Counted from the stretch's first letter, positions 1 to 12,876 are shown. The stretch: 64,000 nucleotides of DNA from Entomortierella parvispora E1425 (GCA_020891255.1 BQFW01000015.1:1426001-1490000), one strand, 5' to 3'. Program-made: numbers and translations. The notes: generated by a model from the sequence alone, not told the origin.

Positions 1-3000
1 CACCAACCGCTGTTGGCATTGTTATCTCCGCCAGCGGTGGAGGCGTCATAATCAGTGGCATCCTGAACAGGCAACACTCCTGGCTCATCCTGGCCTGCAG
101 TCTGAGCATGGTCCTCAGCATGCTGTACTTGTTGCTGATAATCACCCTCTTGGTATTCACCCTGCTGGTACTGATCCTGCTGGTATTCACCCTGGTGATA
201 ACCGTCCTGCTGGAACTCGGTCTGCTGGTAACCACCTTCGGCATACTGTCCCTGCTGGTAATCGCCCTCTTGGTAAGTGCCTTCAGTATACTGGCCCTGC
301 TGGTACTCGCCCTGCTGGAACTCGCCCTGCTGGAACTCGCCCTGCTGGAACTCGCCCTGCTGGAACTCGCCCTGCTGGTATTCGCCCTGCTGCTGGTAAT
401 CTTGGGCGTATTCACCTTGTTGATAGTCACCCTCAGTGTAGGCGCCTTCCTGGTACTGACCATCCTGGGTGTATTCACCGCTTTGCTGGTAGTCACCTTC
501 AGCATATTCGCTGTACTGCGCTTCAGTAATCTCAACAGGAGCAATTGGCTCAGTCTCGGCAACAGCAGTGGTCGAAGTAGCTGTTTCGCCGTGCTGCTGC
601 TCGGCAGTGGGCTCGTCGGCAAGGATCTGCTCGGTAGTGGGGTGCTCGTGAGTCAGGTGTTCCGACACCTGCTCATGCTGAACGGAGACATCGTGCAAAG
701 GTTGATCGTTGTACCCGGCGCTCACTGCCTGATACTCAGCGGGCTCCTTAACATCCTCCACGGTAGCAGCTGGTTCAAGAGCTTGAGTCTGGTCTTGGTG
801 CTGGTCGTAAGACTGATAGTCGCCGCCTTGCTGGTACTCTCCCTGTTGGTACTCTCCGTGCTGGTACCCATCCTGCTGGTATTCACCTTGCTGGTACTCT
901 TGCTGGTACTCTTGCTGGTACTCTTGCTGATATTCGCCCTGGTACTCGCCCTGGTAATCTCCTTGGGCATATTCACCCTGTTGGAAGTCACCTTGCTGGT
1001 ACTCACCACCCTCATACGTAGCTCCTTCAGTGTAGGCAAACTCGCCACCCTCGGCAGGTGCATCTGCACTGTACTCGCCATACTGAGCCGTAGTCTCGTT
1101 ATAATCAGCCATAGGCTCCGCAGCTGCATGCTCATGATGAAGATGGCCATCATCAATTGAGGGCTTCTTCTCAGAGCCATGCACAGCTTGGGTAGAGTAG
1201 AGGGCGGAATCCGTGTTGGAGACAGGAGGAATTACATCGGGCTGAATAGCAAGAGCGTCCACAGTCTCGCCGTACTGCTGCTGCTGCTGGGAAGGATCGT
1301 ATTGGCCATCATACTGAGCGTTGTAGTCATAGGTTCCCTCGACGGCAGCCCCTTCGAATGCGCTTTGATCCAAGGGCTGCTGTTCAGAGTACTGCACTTC
1401 TCCGTAGGTTTGCTGCTCCTCTCCGTAGGTTTGCTGCTCCTCTCCGTAGGTTTGTTGCTCACTATATGTCTGCTGGATGCTCGTGGCATCATACCCATAT
1501 CCAGTCTGAGTGTCATAGCCGTAACCAGTCGTAGCATCGTTGCTGAAGTCACCTTGAGGATAAGTATCTGTAGGATACTGGGCAGATTGATCGTAACCTT
1601 GGTTGTAGTGACCGGCGTTGTAATCCACAGCAGGGGCTTCCGCTTGGTGGTTCTGCTGCAAGTCTGAAGGACGACGGCTGTTTGAGGCAGTGGAATGGTG
1701 TCCAAGGTTCGAGGGTGCTCTTGCAGAAAGATGACTCAAGTCAGGAAGGGCAGGTGCATTGGCAAAAGGTCCGCCAGTCTCAACACTGGTCTTGGGCTCT
1801 GCAACAGGAGGCTTGGCCTGCTCATTATCACCAGCAATGAACTTTGAGATCTTATTATCGAGAGCATCGAAAATGCCACCAATAGTGGGCTTAGGAACCT
1901 TCTTTGCAAACCAAGACCCTCTAGAAAACACACACGTGGTCTGTTAGCAACTTTGCACCACTTGCACTTTGAAATACATAGTAGAGATATCGATATTCTT
2001 ACTCGGTGACAGCCAGCTGAGAACTTCCTGTGAGACGATCAGTAATATCCTTTAGGCGATCCAGGAAGACGGCATTGTAGTAAGGAGATCCCTTTGTCTG
2101 TGACTTGACAATAGCCTCCACAGATTCAAGATATCTGTCATAGGAACAAAGGAATCAGCGTTAGTCTCCCGTCTTTGAATGTGTCTTGTCAATAATTGTC
2201 CAAAAAAAGTAGAAAGAAATGCCTGATCTTTCCTCACCTTCCAGCCTCTGAGAACATGCCCCATTCGACCAAAGTCCAAACATAGAACAGCTTGTAGGCT
2301 TGCAAGAAGGGCAGTCCACCGGTTGCGCCTGACGATCGAAGGGCAGAGGCGAATTCATAGATCTCAGTCTTTCGGAAAGCCTCAAGATTCTTGTGGTAAG
2401 GATAGGCCGAATGGGGGTTCGTGTCGGCACCAATCAACACCAAACGGTTCAGCTGAGCATCTGGTCCAGAATGAACAGAGTTTTGAGGTGAGAGCAGGTA
2501 GCAAATATGAGCTGCCTCAACCCAGCCCTCCTTCATCAAAAGGTCTCCCAAGGAACTGATAGCCGTTTGATCGCCTGAAGTTCTGTTGGAGAGAATCATG
2601 GCCAGAGTCTCACGCCACTGACCCAAGCTGGATCCAGGGATTTTGGGTTCTTCCACAGGCTTCATCATAGACAAGGAGGCTGCCGTCACGAATTGATCGT
2701 CCGTGAGTTGAGCATCATCCTTGTTGGCATCTGCAGGTGTTCTCAGGTTCAATGGGATCAACTCTGAAATTGCGTTCTGAGTCTGACCAGAGAAGAGGGC
2801 GTAAAGAACGCGAAGGGCTTCACGGCCGTTGGCCTGAACGTCGCCTCCACCAGATGTTAACTCTTGGTTGACGAATCCGTTAACAGCCTCCTTCCAAAGC
2901 TCCTTGTTGACGCAGCTACTGATGACGAGTGCATGGGCCCACAAGTTGGAGCTCATTGCATAGCGAACAGCGCCTGTACGGTCGCCATTACGGAGCAAAT

Positions 3001-5590
3001 CCTGAAGGACATCCATGGACGCCGACGATCCGATGGGGCTGGATGGATGCTGGGCTGGCTGAACTGGATAAATGCTCAAAGGGATCGAAAGCAACACACT
3101 GCGCACTGCTTCATCCACCTTGGGTCTAACAAAAGTTGAAAAGATGTACACGCACGAATCAGCACGACTTGAGATTATTAAACTCTTTGATTCCTCGATA
3201 CTTTGAAAGCTTGTAGTTTCATGCTTACCCTCCTACGAGAGCGCCCTCTTGTTCAAACATGACCTTGAACAACTTCCATACCAGGACAGGGTGAGCATCA
3301 AAAGCACTATCTTCGGACGCATTGTGATGATTGTCCAGAGAATGAATCTTATCGTCGATCAGCTTCAAGACATCCTTGCGCTTGGTCTTCATTTGCACTG
3401 CACTGTCCATCAGGAGAGGTCCTGGGTATGTCGAAAGAGAAGTCTCGATAGTCAAGACATCTTTAAGGTGCTGGAGCTGCAAATCGCCAGGGTAACGCTT
3501 GGTCATCATGTTAGAAGTGGTCGATGCAAAACGTTGGACTGTCCTAGGAAAAGAGGTCATAATCTTGCCTAGATGAACAATTAAAGTCTAGGTTAAACCA
3601 AGGGTCGGATATCATGTCCTATTCTGTTGTGCCATCAAAGCAATGTGCCATCCATACCTCCGAATCCAAACGCAATTAGGGGGCAGCCTTGGATGCGGTT
3701 CAGAGGATCAACGATTCCCACGGGTTCGGGCTCTGCCTGTTCGGGTTCAGGCTCAGGCTCGGGAACCGCCTGCTCCTGGTGGGCGTAGTCCAGGTACTGA
3801 CCCGTAGCTTGGTCGTAGTACTGCTGGTTCTGATCGTAATAGCCGGTCTGATCATAGCCCTGGTCGTAGCCCTGCTGGTAGTTGGGATCATAGTTAGGAT
3901 CATAGTTCTGATCGTATCCCTCGTTGTAGACCTGCTGGTCCTGCTGGTAGTTTTGATCGCCTTCGCCATACGCAAAAGGTTCGGCTGCCTGAGTCTGCTC
4001 TGGTTGTTGATAGTGTTGTCCGTCCTGCGAGTACGAGTTCATTCTATCCAGACTGGGCATTGGCGGCGCACTGGTAGGCGTCGTGTTTGGGAATTCCGCA
4101 TAATGACCGAGCGAAGGAGTGGCAGATCGGCTCGCAGTAAAGATGGAGCGACCACACTCTGAGCAGAACTTTGCCTGGGGCTTGTTTTCTCCGCCACACT
4201 CTGCAAAAGGGCAAGGCTCCAAGAGCAACTGCGAGCTGGATCCAAACTGGTTACGGACCGGGCCCATGTATGGGGTACGGGATGACTGGTAGACCTGCTG
4301 GGTCTGAGCAGGGAGCATCAGAGGCGTCTGGATCTCGGTCAGGATTGGGGTCTTTGGTGGAGCAGCTGTCGCCCTAGCAAGAGGCGATGGCTGAGAAGGA
4401 CCCTGGTAAGACGAGAGGGAAGGGGGCAGTGGAGGACGACCGACATTCTTGGGAGGACCAGCAGCAGGGGCAGCAGGGGCAGCAGCAAACTGGGTCGTCT
4501 CGGACGAGGGAGGGATGCCCCATCCTGAGACGGCTTGGTGAGAGGCATTGCCAAACAGATCAGAGGCAGATCCAAAGGAGGAGTTGCTACGCTCTTGGAC
4601 AGGGGCAGGGACAGCCGACGCAGCCAATGTCGCAGCACTAGTCGCGATCTCCTGAACAGGGGGGTGGACGGGCTGGTGTTGTGCTCCTGCTGGTGCAAAG
4701 GGTGTTTGTTGCTGGAGATTGTGGTGCTGTGGGTTCCTTTGGAAGGGTCCAGGCTGCTGCTGCTGTTGTTGCTGTTGTTGTTGTTGCTGTTGCTGAACAG
4801 GTCGCTGAGGAGGAGGTCCTTGCTGCTGCTGCTGTTGCTGCTTGGCCTGTGGTGGGGGAGGAAGTGCTGATGGCGTTGCCGTCTTGACTGAAGCAGGAGG
4901 AGGCGCTTGGGTCAATGGGGCTGCAACCACTGGAGCAGCAGCAGGAGGAGGTTGAACCTTTTGCTGAATAGGCGAGTGCTGCTGAGGAGGGAACCTGGGT
5001 GCGTTGTGCTGCTGCTGTGCATACTGCTGTCCTTGATTGACAGCCTTGGGAGGAGCTGCAGCAGCAGCAGGAGGTGGACCCTGGGCAAGAGGGAAGCCAC
5101 CCTGAGGCTGGAACCCTTGAGGAGGGGCACTCACCGACTGGCTCCGGTGGTTGTTGGACGAAGGAGGGCTTGAAAACAGATCAGCCGCAGGAGCAAAAGG
5201 CGAGGCTGTCATCTGACGTGCAGGAGGCTGGCGTGGAAGACCTTGCTGCTGCTGAGGTTGGGGCTGGGGTTGAGGCTGGTACTGCTGCTGTTGCTGTTGC
5301 TGTTGCTGGGGAGGCTGCTGCTGGACAGGCATCTGGTGGTGATGCTGCTGAGGATGACGCTGAGGAAGCTGTGCCTGGGTGGGGGGACGCGCCTGGTTCA
5401 TGAATGGCGACGGCTGCTGCTGTTGCTGCTGATATTGTTGCTGCTGCTGTTGTTGAGGAGGGAAGGGAGCTCTTTGCTGCTGAAGTGGCCGAGGTGGAGG
5501 GCCAGCGCGCTGGTTGGCATTGGCCGAGGTGGGAGGACCACCAAAGAAAGGGATGGGGCCATCCTCGGCAGGGGGAGGGATGCGGGACAT
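1..5590 (-). CDS. SEC16: COPII coat assembly protein Sec16 (3' end runs off the window)
   Basis: ATG at 5590 (MSRIPPPAEDG). Introns 3569-3657, 3126-3228 and 1921-2002 (all GT-AG) join GCPLIAFGFGG|KIMTSFPR, TYPGPLL..KTKRKDVL, AVRYAMSSNLWAHALVISS (Sec16 ACE1/central conserved domain) and GSWFAKKVPKPTIGGIFDALDNKISKFIAGD. The frame stays open from 1920 to base 1. Confidence 0.92.
306..380 (-). repeat. Coding 15-nt tandem repeat (QQGEF)n in the Sec16 C-terminal region
   Basis: On the + strand, CTCGCCCTGCTGGAA occurs 4 times perfectly at 306-365, followed by one variant copy. Related arrays: 12-nt (EYQQ) near 887-930 and 21-nt (EEQQTYG) near 1400-1460. Confidence 0.95.
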
Positions 5591-5955
5591 CTGGCTCGCT
5601 CTGGGACTCTTTGCTTGGCAGGCAGGAAGAGAGGATGGATGAGGAGAGAGAGGGAGCGCGCGGGGTGGAGGAAGGGAGGGGGAAAGAGGGGGTGGAAGAG
5701 GAGGATGGATGGTGAGAAGGAGAGAATAGATGATGATGATGACCCTGAAGAACGATGATCTGATTGCTCGCATCAATCATCTCTGTGACGTGGCATCGAA
5801 TTAGTTCGCCCACGAATATAATTTTAATCGAGCTTTTTTTTTGCTTTTTATTCTTTGGTGCAAAACTGGATTGCAAAGTCGCTTCCTTCATGCTCCGCAT
5901 GGTGCCTCAGGGCATCTTTCCACAAAGGTCACCCATCCTATGTCCTGTCTGCGAT

Positions 5956-7947
5956 TTAATCTCGGACAATGCCAAGCTTATCCAAGGCACGCACGCCCTG
6001 CTCCTCCCACTCTTGCTTTGTGATCCAGAAGCTGTCCTTGTTCTTCATAATTTCTGCCAGCACTGCTCCTCCCAGGAAAACCATGTGCTTGCGACGAGGA
6101 GGATCCTCAATACGGATCTTGAAGTTCTGTTCACCAAAAAAGAAATCAGAGATATCATATTCTTGTCAGTATAGTATTCCATCAACTCTCAGGCCAAATT
6201 TTGCAAAGACCATTGAGCAATCAACTTACGCGGAAGCGCTCAACATCGCCTCTAAGAACATCGGTCAAGTACAACTGCTTAACCTCCTTCTCAAGACGAC
6301 TTGGCAGACCAGGGTACATGGTCGATCCTCCAGAGAGCACAATATGCTTGTACAAATCCGAACGACTGTCCAAAGGAGCAGACTGGATGGTTTGGAAAAG
6401 CATCTCTACAATCACGGAAATTCAGACCATCGTTAGCCACTGAACAAGAAAATCTTAAAAAGGTTGCCATTCAATGTGTTCAACACTCAAAAGTAGTTCG
6501 TACCTGCAACTCCTGGCGACTCGACATCAATCAAATGTGGCTGGAACATGCACTCGGGAGCCTCAAATCTCTCCGAACCGACCTTGATGACTCTTCCGTC
6601 GGGAAGCTAAACACACACAGGTGGAAAGACCGCTATTAATATGAACGATCGATGGCCCCATCATTACTTGGAAACATCTAGGGAAAACGCAAAAAGAGTG
6701 CCCTTACAGTATAACTCTCCACAAGAACAGTCGTCTCCTGAGCCAACTTTGAGTCCTGATCCAGATCGTAACTAACAGTGGCATCAAAATGCTGAATGTC
6801 AGGACATATTTTCTTGCATACGTTACATTGTCCCTTGAGAACGCTGCTCATACCTGGTGTAGCAGAGTTTCTCCTTCATCTGGCGAACAGTCTCAAAATC
6901 GGCAGTACGGTTGAAGGCGTAACCACGGTGCAACAAAAGCTTCATTAAGTACTGAGTCACGTCGCGACCGGCCACATCCAAACGTCTGGTAATATGAGGA
7001 AGGGCATATCCCTCAACAACAGGCACAATATGGGTCACACCATCTCCAGAGTCAACAACAATACCAGTCAACAAACCTATTGAACGTCAAAGAATACACG
7101 TCAGTAAGAGGAATGATAATGGAAATGCCTGGCGGTTTCAAAGGGTCATGCCGACATACCCTGAGCATACAGAGTCAAGACAGCCTGAATGGCAACATAG
7201 ACTCCTTGGAATCCGTACTCCTCAAACATGCACTCGACCATCTGCTCCCTGTTGGCCTTGGGGTTCATTGGGGGTTCCGTCAACATGATCTTTGAATCTC
7301 TGGGGTCGATCTTGAGCTTCTCGTTGAAGGTGTAGTCCCAAAGGTGACGCATATCCGTCCAGTTCTGGACAATGCCGTTCTTCATTGGGTAGGACATTTG
7401 CAAGCTCGATCTCAGCTCGGCAGCCTCGTCACCGACCATGATATCCTTGACTTGAACATTTCCAATGGACTCTTCAGCACGGAGGATAGGGCGACCGACG
7501 ACAGAGGGGAAAACATGCTCGGGGAAGTTTGAGCCAGCAAAGCCGACTTTGACAAACTATTTGCGTTTTTCAATAACAAAGGTGTTGGGGCGATCAGCAT
7601 CAAGAATGTCATGAGTTCGTGCGTCACTTGTCTTTGCAATGGGTCCTGTTCCTGAGGTGATGAAGCCCGTTGATTGGCATCCATGGTCATGTCCCCGGTA
7701 GTTCATTTCTTGGAAGCGCTTTCAACCGACAAGAGTTCCATCCGACTTTTAGTAAAAGTTCCTTTACAGCCGGAGATGGTGAAGACGTCCCTTCCTGCCC
7801 TTCATTGTTTCCATTGCGTGGCAAGAGTTCCTGTTATAAATGAGGCAACCCCATCCTTTCTGGAGAGCGGGAATGCAAGGCTAGATGAGAGGGAAAGAAG
7901 ATTACCCCTGTGCCGTTGTCGACGACAATGGTGTTTGTTGCGTTCAT
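5956..7947 (-). CDS. ARP2: Actin-related protein 2 (Arp2/3 complex)
   Basis: [14 protein letters not shown]|[78 protein letters not shown]. First intron 7557-7905; stop TAA at 5956-5958. Confidence 0.97.
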
Positions 7948-8572
7948 AGTATGTAGCAGCAGATGTCTATAAAGGTAGAGGGGGTATGGGTTGATGAAGA
8001 GGAGAAAAGTGAATGCGAAAAAGAGGGGAGAATGAAACGCAGGCGCGAGATGGTGGTGACGGGTGTCGAACTGTCCCTCTGCCGTTGGGTTGGACGGAAA
8101 TTGAGCCCTGCAAATAACGTCACAAAATGTGAGAAAATGGACCCACGACACGAAAGCGGTGAAATTGACGCGACAATCCCCCGTCGCTGTCCAAGGAGAG
8201 TGAACACCGTCTTGACAACAGTCGACCACTGAACGACGCCCCACATTCTTGAGGGATCTATAGATTTGAATGACTTCGTCTGGAAAGAAGGCCTTCGCTC
8301 AGAGAGAGCTAGAGGCAGTCTCTGAATGAAACCATTGTAGGTATCAGTCTCTGCACTCTGACAATAACTTCAAACATCAAGTCGCAAGAACCGCATCAAT
8401 ATCATGGATAAAAAGTTTATAATAAAAACGAAACAAGTCTTTTTTTTAGTGGGTGAGGGAAGAGATGTGAAAATGAAAAGAATTGGCGAGAGTGAGGAGA
8501 GTGTTTTTTGTTGAAAAAAAAGAAAGTACGCTAGGGCACTTTGTTTTCTTCGTCTTTAAAGGGAGATACGCT

Positions 8573-11313
8573 TTAGAAGTTCTTGGTGAACTCGGTGGTG
8601 ACATCCTTGAGCTTGGCGAAAGACTCGGTGCTCAAATCGCCAGACTTGCGGATCTCCTCGAGGAGATCACCGTGGCTGGAAACCAAGTAGGGGATGAACT
8701 TGCGCTCATACTCACCGACACGGTTGACGGGGATCTTGTCAAGGAAACCGTTGACACCGGCAAAGACGATGGCAACCTGGTGCTCAACGGGGAGGGGCTT
8801 GTACTGGGGCTGCTTGAGCAACTCGGTCAAACGGGCACCACGGTTCAACAAGAACTGGGTGGAGGCATCCAAATCGGAACCGAACTGGGCGAAGGCAGCA
8901 ACCTCACGGTACTGGGCCAAGTACAACTTCATGGAACCAGCAATCTTCTTCATGGACTTGGTCTGGGCGTGGGAACCGACACGGGAGACGGAAAGACCGA
9001 CGTTAATGGCGGGACGGATACCCTTGAAGAACAACTCAGCCTCCAAGAAGATCTGACCGTCAGTAATGGAAATGACGTTGGTGGGAATGTAGGCAGACAC
9101 ATCTCCTCCCTGGGTCTCAATAATGGGAAGGGCAGTCATGGAACCACCTCCGAGCTTGCGGTTCATCTTGGCGGAACGCTCCAAAAGACGGGAGTGGAGG
9201 TAGAAGACATCACCGGGGTAAGCCTCGCGACCTGGGGGACGACGAAGCAAAAGGGACATCTGACGGTAGGCGACGGCCTGCTTGGAAAGATCGTCGAAAA
9301 CGATCAAGGCGTGCTTGCCGTTGTCACGGAAGTACTCACCGACAGCGCATCCAGAGAAAGGAGCAAGGTACTGAAGGGGAGCGGCCTCGGAGGCAGTGGC
9401 GGCAACGACGACAGAGTACTTCATGGCATCGTTCTCCTCAAGGGTCTGGACAAACTGGGCGACGGTGGAACGCTTCTGACCAACAGCAACGTAGACACAG
9501 TACAACTTCTTGGCCTCATCAGAGCCATCGTTCCACTTCTTCTGGTTAAGAATGGTATCCAAAGCGACGGCGGTCTTTCCGGTCTGACGATCACCAATGA
9601 TCAACTCACGCTGACCACGACCGACGGGGACCATGGAGTCAATGCACTTGATTCCAGTCAACATAGGCTCACGGACGGACTCACGGGGAAGAATACCGGG
9701 GGCCTTGACCTGGGCACGACGACGCTCGGAGGCGGCGATGGGGCCCTTTCCATCGATGGGGTTACCGAGGGCATCGATGACACGGCCCAAAAGAGCCTCA
9801 CCGACGGGGAGATCGACAATGTTACCGGTACGCTTGACAGTATCACCCTCGCGAATGAGACGATCGTTACCGAAGACGACAATACCGACGTTGTCAGCCT
9901 CCAAGTTCATGGCCATACCCTATAATGGAATAACACAAGTATTTGATGAGTCCAAGACGTCAAGACTATAAGAAATCTCTCCTTGCAACTGTCTGTTCCT
10001 GCAGCATCTTGGGATAATTACCTTGACACCGCTGGAGAACTCAACCATCTCCTCGGCCTGGCAGTTCTTCAAGCCGTAGACACGGGCAATACCATCTCCA
10101 ATGGACAAGACACGGCCGGTCTCCTGGATGTCGACAGACGAGTTAAGTCCGCTGATGCGGTCCTCGAGGATGGAGGTGACCTCAGAGGTGGCTATAATTT
10201 GTCAATAACGACACTGGTCAGCTTTGATATCGAAATGGAGGACGAAAAGGGTTGGTCATCTAGGAAAATGAGTAGAATCCATACCGGGCTTGGCGGTGGC
10301 GTAGTTGCGGATAGCAGAGAAAGCACCGACGTTGGCGCGGACCTAGATATCAGTAAAGGTAGAGTAATCAGTACAATTCACGTCTTCGTGTGAGCATACT
10401 AAAGTTGATTCTACCAGGAGCAAGAGTAGAATGGAGATGAGGGGTAACAGCAAAGCAACTACGGCGGCAACACAACTAGAAGTAGCGAGTTGCCGTGCCA
10501 GGGCCGCAAATGACATCCAAAAGAGCAGAAAGGGCGGTAATAAACAAGTGTGTCCTCTCATATTATTTTTCAGATCCGATCAGTCCCGAGCCCGCCATGC
10601 AGGAACACGTTGGCAGCCGGGATGGATCTGCCGTGTGCCCTGCATGGGAAGGGACATAGACAAAGATCCATCGGATGCCTGATTCACTGCTCTCCATCAC
10701 AGAGAATAGATATCACTGATTGCCCATCTTGACATCAGTGCCTAGATCATGTTGCCCATAGAGCAATGCGCACTTGCGAGGTACATTGCCATGATTCGTT
10801 GGATCAGACTCAGCACAAATGTTCCAATGCAGAGATTACTCGCAGGTGCAATTGTCGTTGTCGATAGGATGACTGTTGAACTCCAGAGGATGTTCCGATG
10901 CAATATTGTCGTCTGTTTTTAGGCCATGCCCCGATCAGAGATTGCTCGAAGTTCGACAGATCAAGGCGATGTCCAATTTTCACAGGATAAATAGAAAGGA
11001 AGACGATGGACGAGACAAGTGCGAAAAGGGAAGAGCCAACCACAGGCGAGGGGAAAGAAGGGTTGTTGCAATCGAGATGAAGGGTGAAGTGATCCTTGGT
11101 ACACAAGAATCGCGAGTGTTTGACAGGGAAAGGGGAGGTACGGAAGGGCGCCAGGCAGCCGTTGGATGAGAGACAGGGAGAGTTGGAAGGGAGGGATGCA
11201 GCTCCAGAGTTGCAAGAGGTCGAGGGCAGAAGTGAACTTGGACCTACCACGGGGGAGGAGCGGGCCAAGGCGATGGTGGCGGGGCGGGCAGCGCGAGTGA
11301 GAGATCGAAGCAT
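8573..11313 (-). CDS. ATP1: Mitochondrial F1 ATP synthase alpha subunit (nuclear-encoded, with presequence)
   Basis: Exons 11313-11248 ([22 protein letters not shown] presequence), 10342-10285, ~10193-10022 ([26 protein letters not shown]) and 9919-8573. P-loop GDRQTGKT; [21 protein letters not shown]. Confidence 0.98.
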
Positions 11314-12003
11314 GGTGATCTGTGATGTGTGGGGAGAGGGGAGAGGATGGAACTGAACAGAGAAGCGAAATTCGAAATCAAAACGAAGATTGGGAAGGGG
11401 ATGCTGGCTCGGAAGAGGGCGGTGTGCCTGAGCAGAATGTAAACACACTTGTACGTGGGATTTGCAAGGCCGTCGTGCGGGGGAATATAATCCACGTACA
11501 GTCGTTGAATTTAGACGTCACTCTCGTCAGTTTGGTGACGCAGCACTTGCGATGATAGCCAATACCAAGCGTCAATTATAGTGTGTTTTTTTGTTCAGTT
11601 CGCCTACATGGTCTGAATGCTAAAAAAAATCGATGAAAAAATCTGCCCCATACAGTACCGAAAAAAAGACACGGAGAGATAAGCGGACTATGGCAACATG
11701 ACAAAGACCAGATATAAGGAGCCTGGTATCCATTCTGTGAAGTTCACAAGCGACCAAGGGTCTACGATTGCCAAAAAGACAAAAATGGCATATTGAGCAC
11801 GGCTCTTTTTGATACAAGACATAACAACCAGTTTTTTTTTATTTTATTTTGCTAGATTGATCATAATTGCACCAACTCGTAACGGTGTAGGATGAGAATT
11901 TTAGGAGACGTAGAGTAGAGAGACGATGGGAGAAGGAAAGCGAGACAAGAAGCGGGAGAAAGAGATGAGAAAAACGAAATCCCGAGGATGGAACTTCTGA
12001 TCC

Positions 12004-12723
12004 CTAGAGCGCAGCGACATCGGCGATCAGCTGGGCGTTGACCAACACGCTGGCGCACAGGTCGACGAAAGCCTGGAGATGCGCATCAATGTCGGAGCGG
12101 ACATCGATAATAGCATGGACATCCACATCGGCAAGACCCAAATGCACTCCGATATCCTTGATGGTCGCGTTGACACGGACCTTTGCATTCGCAACCAAGT
12201 CAGCCTTAATCTTGGCCACCAACGTGGCCACATCAACCTGAATCAAGGCCACGATCTTGACCACGAGAGTATGCGCATTCGCCTTGAAGCACGCGTCATC
12301 CAACTTTGGGCAAACACATGCCACCTCCTTCTTCACATGGGCAGCCACGTTGGCCAAAACAATGGCCTTGACATCCGCCTCCACATTGACCTTGATGTCG
12401 GCATCGACGGCGGTCTTGGCGCTCACCTCCAAATCCTTGACATCCACATTGGCAGTGACCAATCCTCCGAGGACATTGGCGGAGGCATCCAGCTTGACGG
12501 TCACATCTGCACAGACGTTGGCCTCGAGACTCACACAGGCATCGAGCAGAACCTTGGTCTCGGCATCGACAAAGAGGTTGACAAGGGCGTCGACCACGTT
12601 GCTACCACCGCGCTTGAGGAGTTCGACAGCGTTCGCCTGGTGCTGAGGAGTGGGGAGGGCCTGGGTGGAGGCCGAGAAGAAGGAAAGGGCCAAGACGGCA
12701 GGAACGAAGGCGTTGATTCTCAT
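12004..12723 (-). CDS. Uncharacterised secreted Ala/Val/Asp-rich protein with signal peptide, Kex2-type KR site and 6 Cys
   Basis: Intronless 239-aa ORF. Signal peptide MRINAFVPAVLALSFFSASTQA; prosegment ends ELLKR. Strong C-ending codon bias and an upstream TATA box. Confidence 0.85.
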   Translation of the reverse strand: MRINAFVPAVLALSFFSASTQALPTPQHQANAVELLKRGGSNVVDALVNLFVDAETKVLLDACVSLEANVCADVTVKLDASANVLGGLVTANVDVKDLEVSAKTAVDADIKVNVEADVKAIVLANVAAHVKKEVACVCPKLDDACFKANAHTLVVKIVALIQVDVATLVAKIKADLVANAKVRVNATIKDIGVHLGLADVDVHAIIDVRSDIDAHLQAFVDLCASVLVNAQLIADVAAL

Positions 12724-12876
12724 TTTGGGTGAAAAAGAGGGTAGGGATTTGAGGGAGTGGTAAGGGTGAGTTGGTGCTTAGGGAGGGAGGGAGGAGTTGT
12801 TGCTGTAGAAGCTGGAAGTGTGGAGAAGTTGTTGATGTTCGAATGAAGAATGACAAAAAGCCGAAATGGACCTCTC

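Noticed and set aside
8483-9925. 480-aa + strand ORF antisense to ATP1 (also 108-1160, 12079-12732, 17504-18262, 40090-40926, 48310-49185)
   Set aside because: These are codon-registered antisense shadows of biased or repetitive sense genes, with no recognisable domains.
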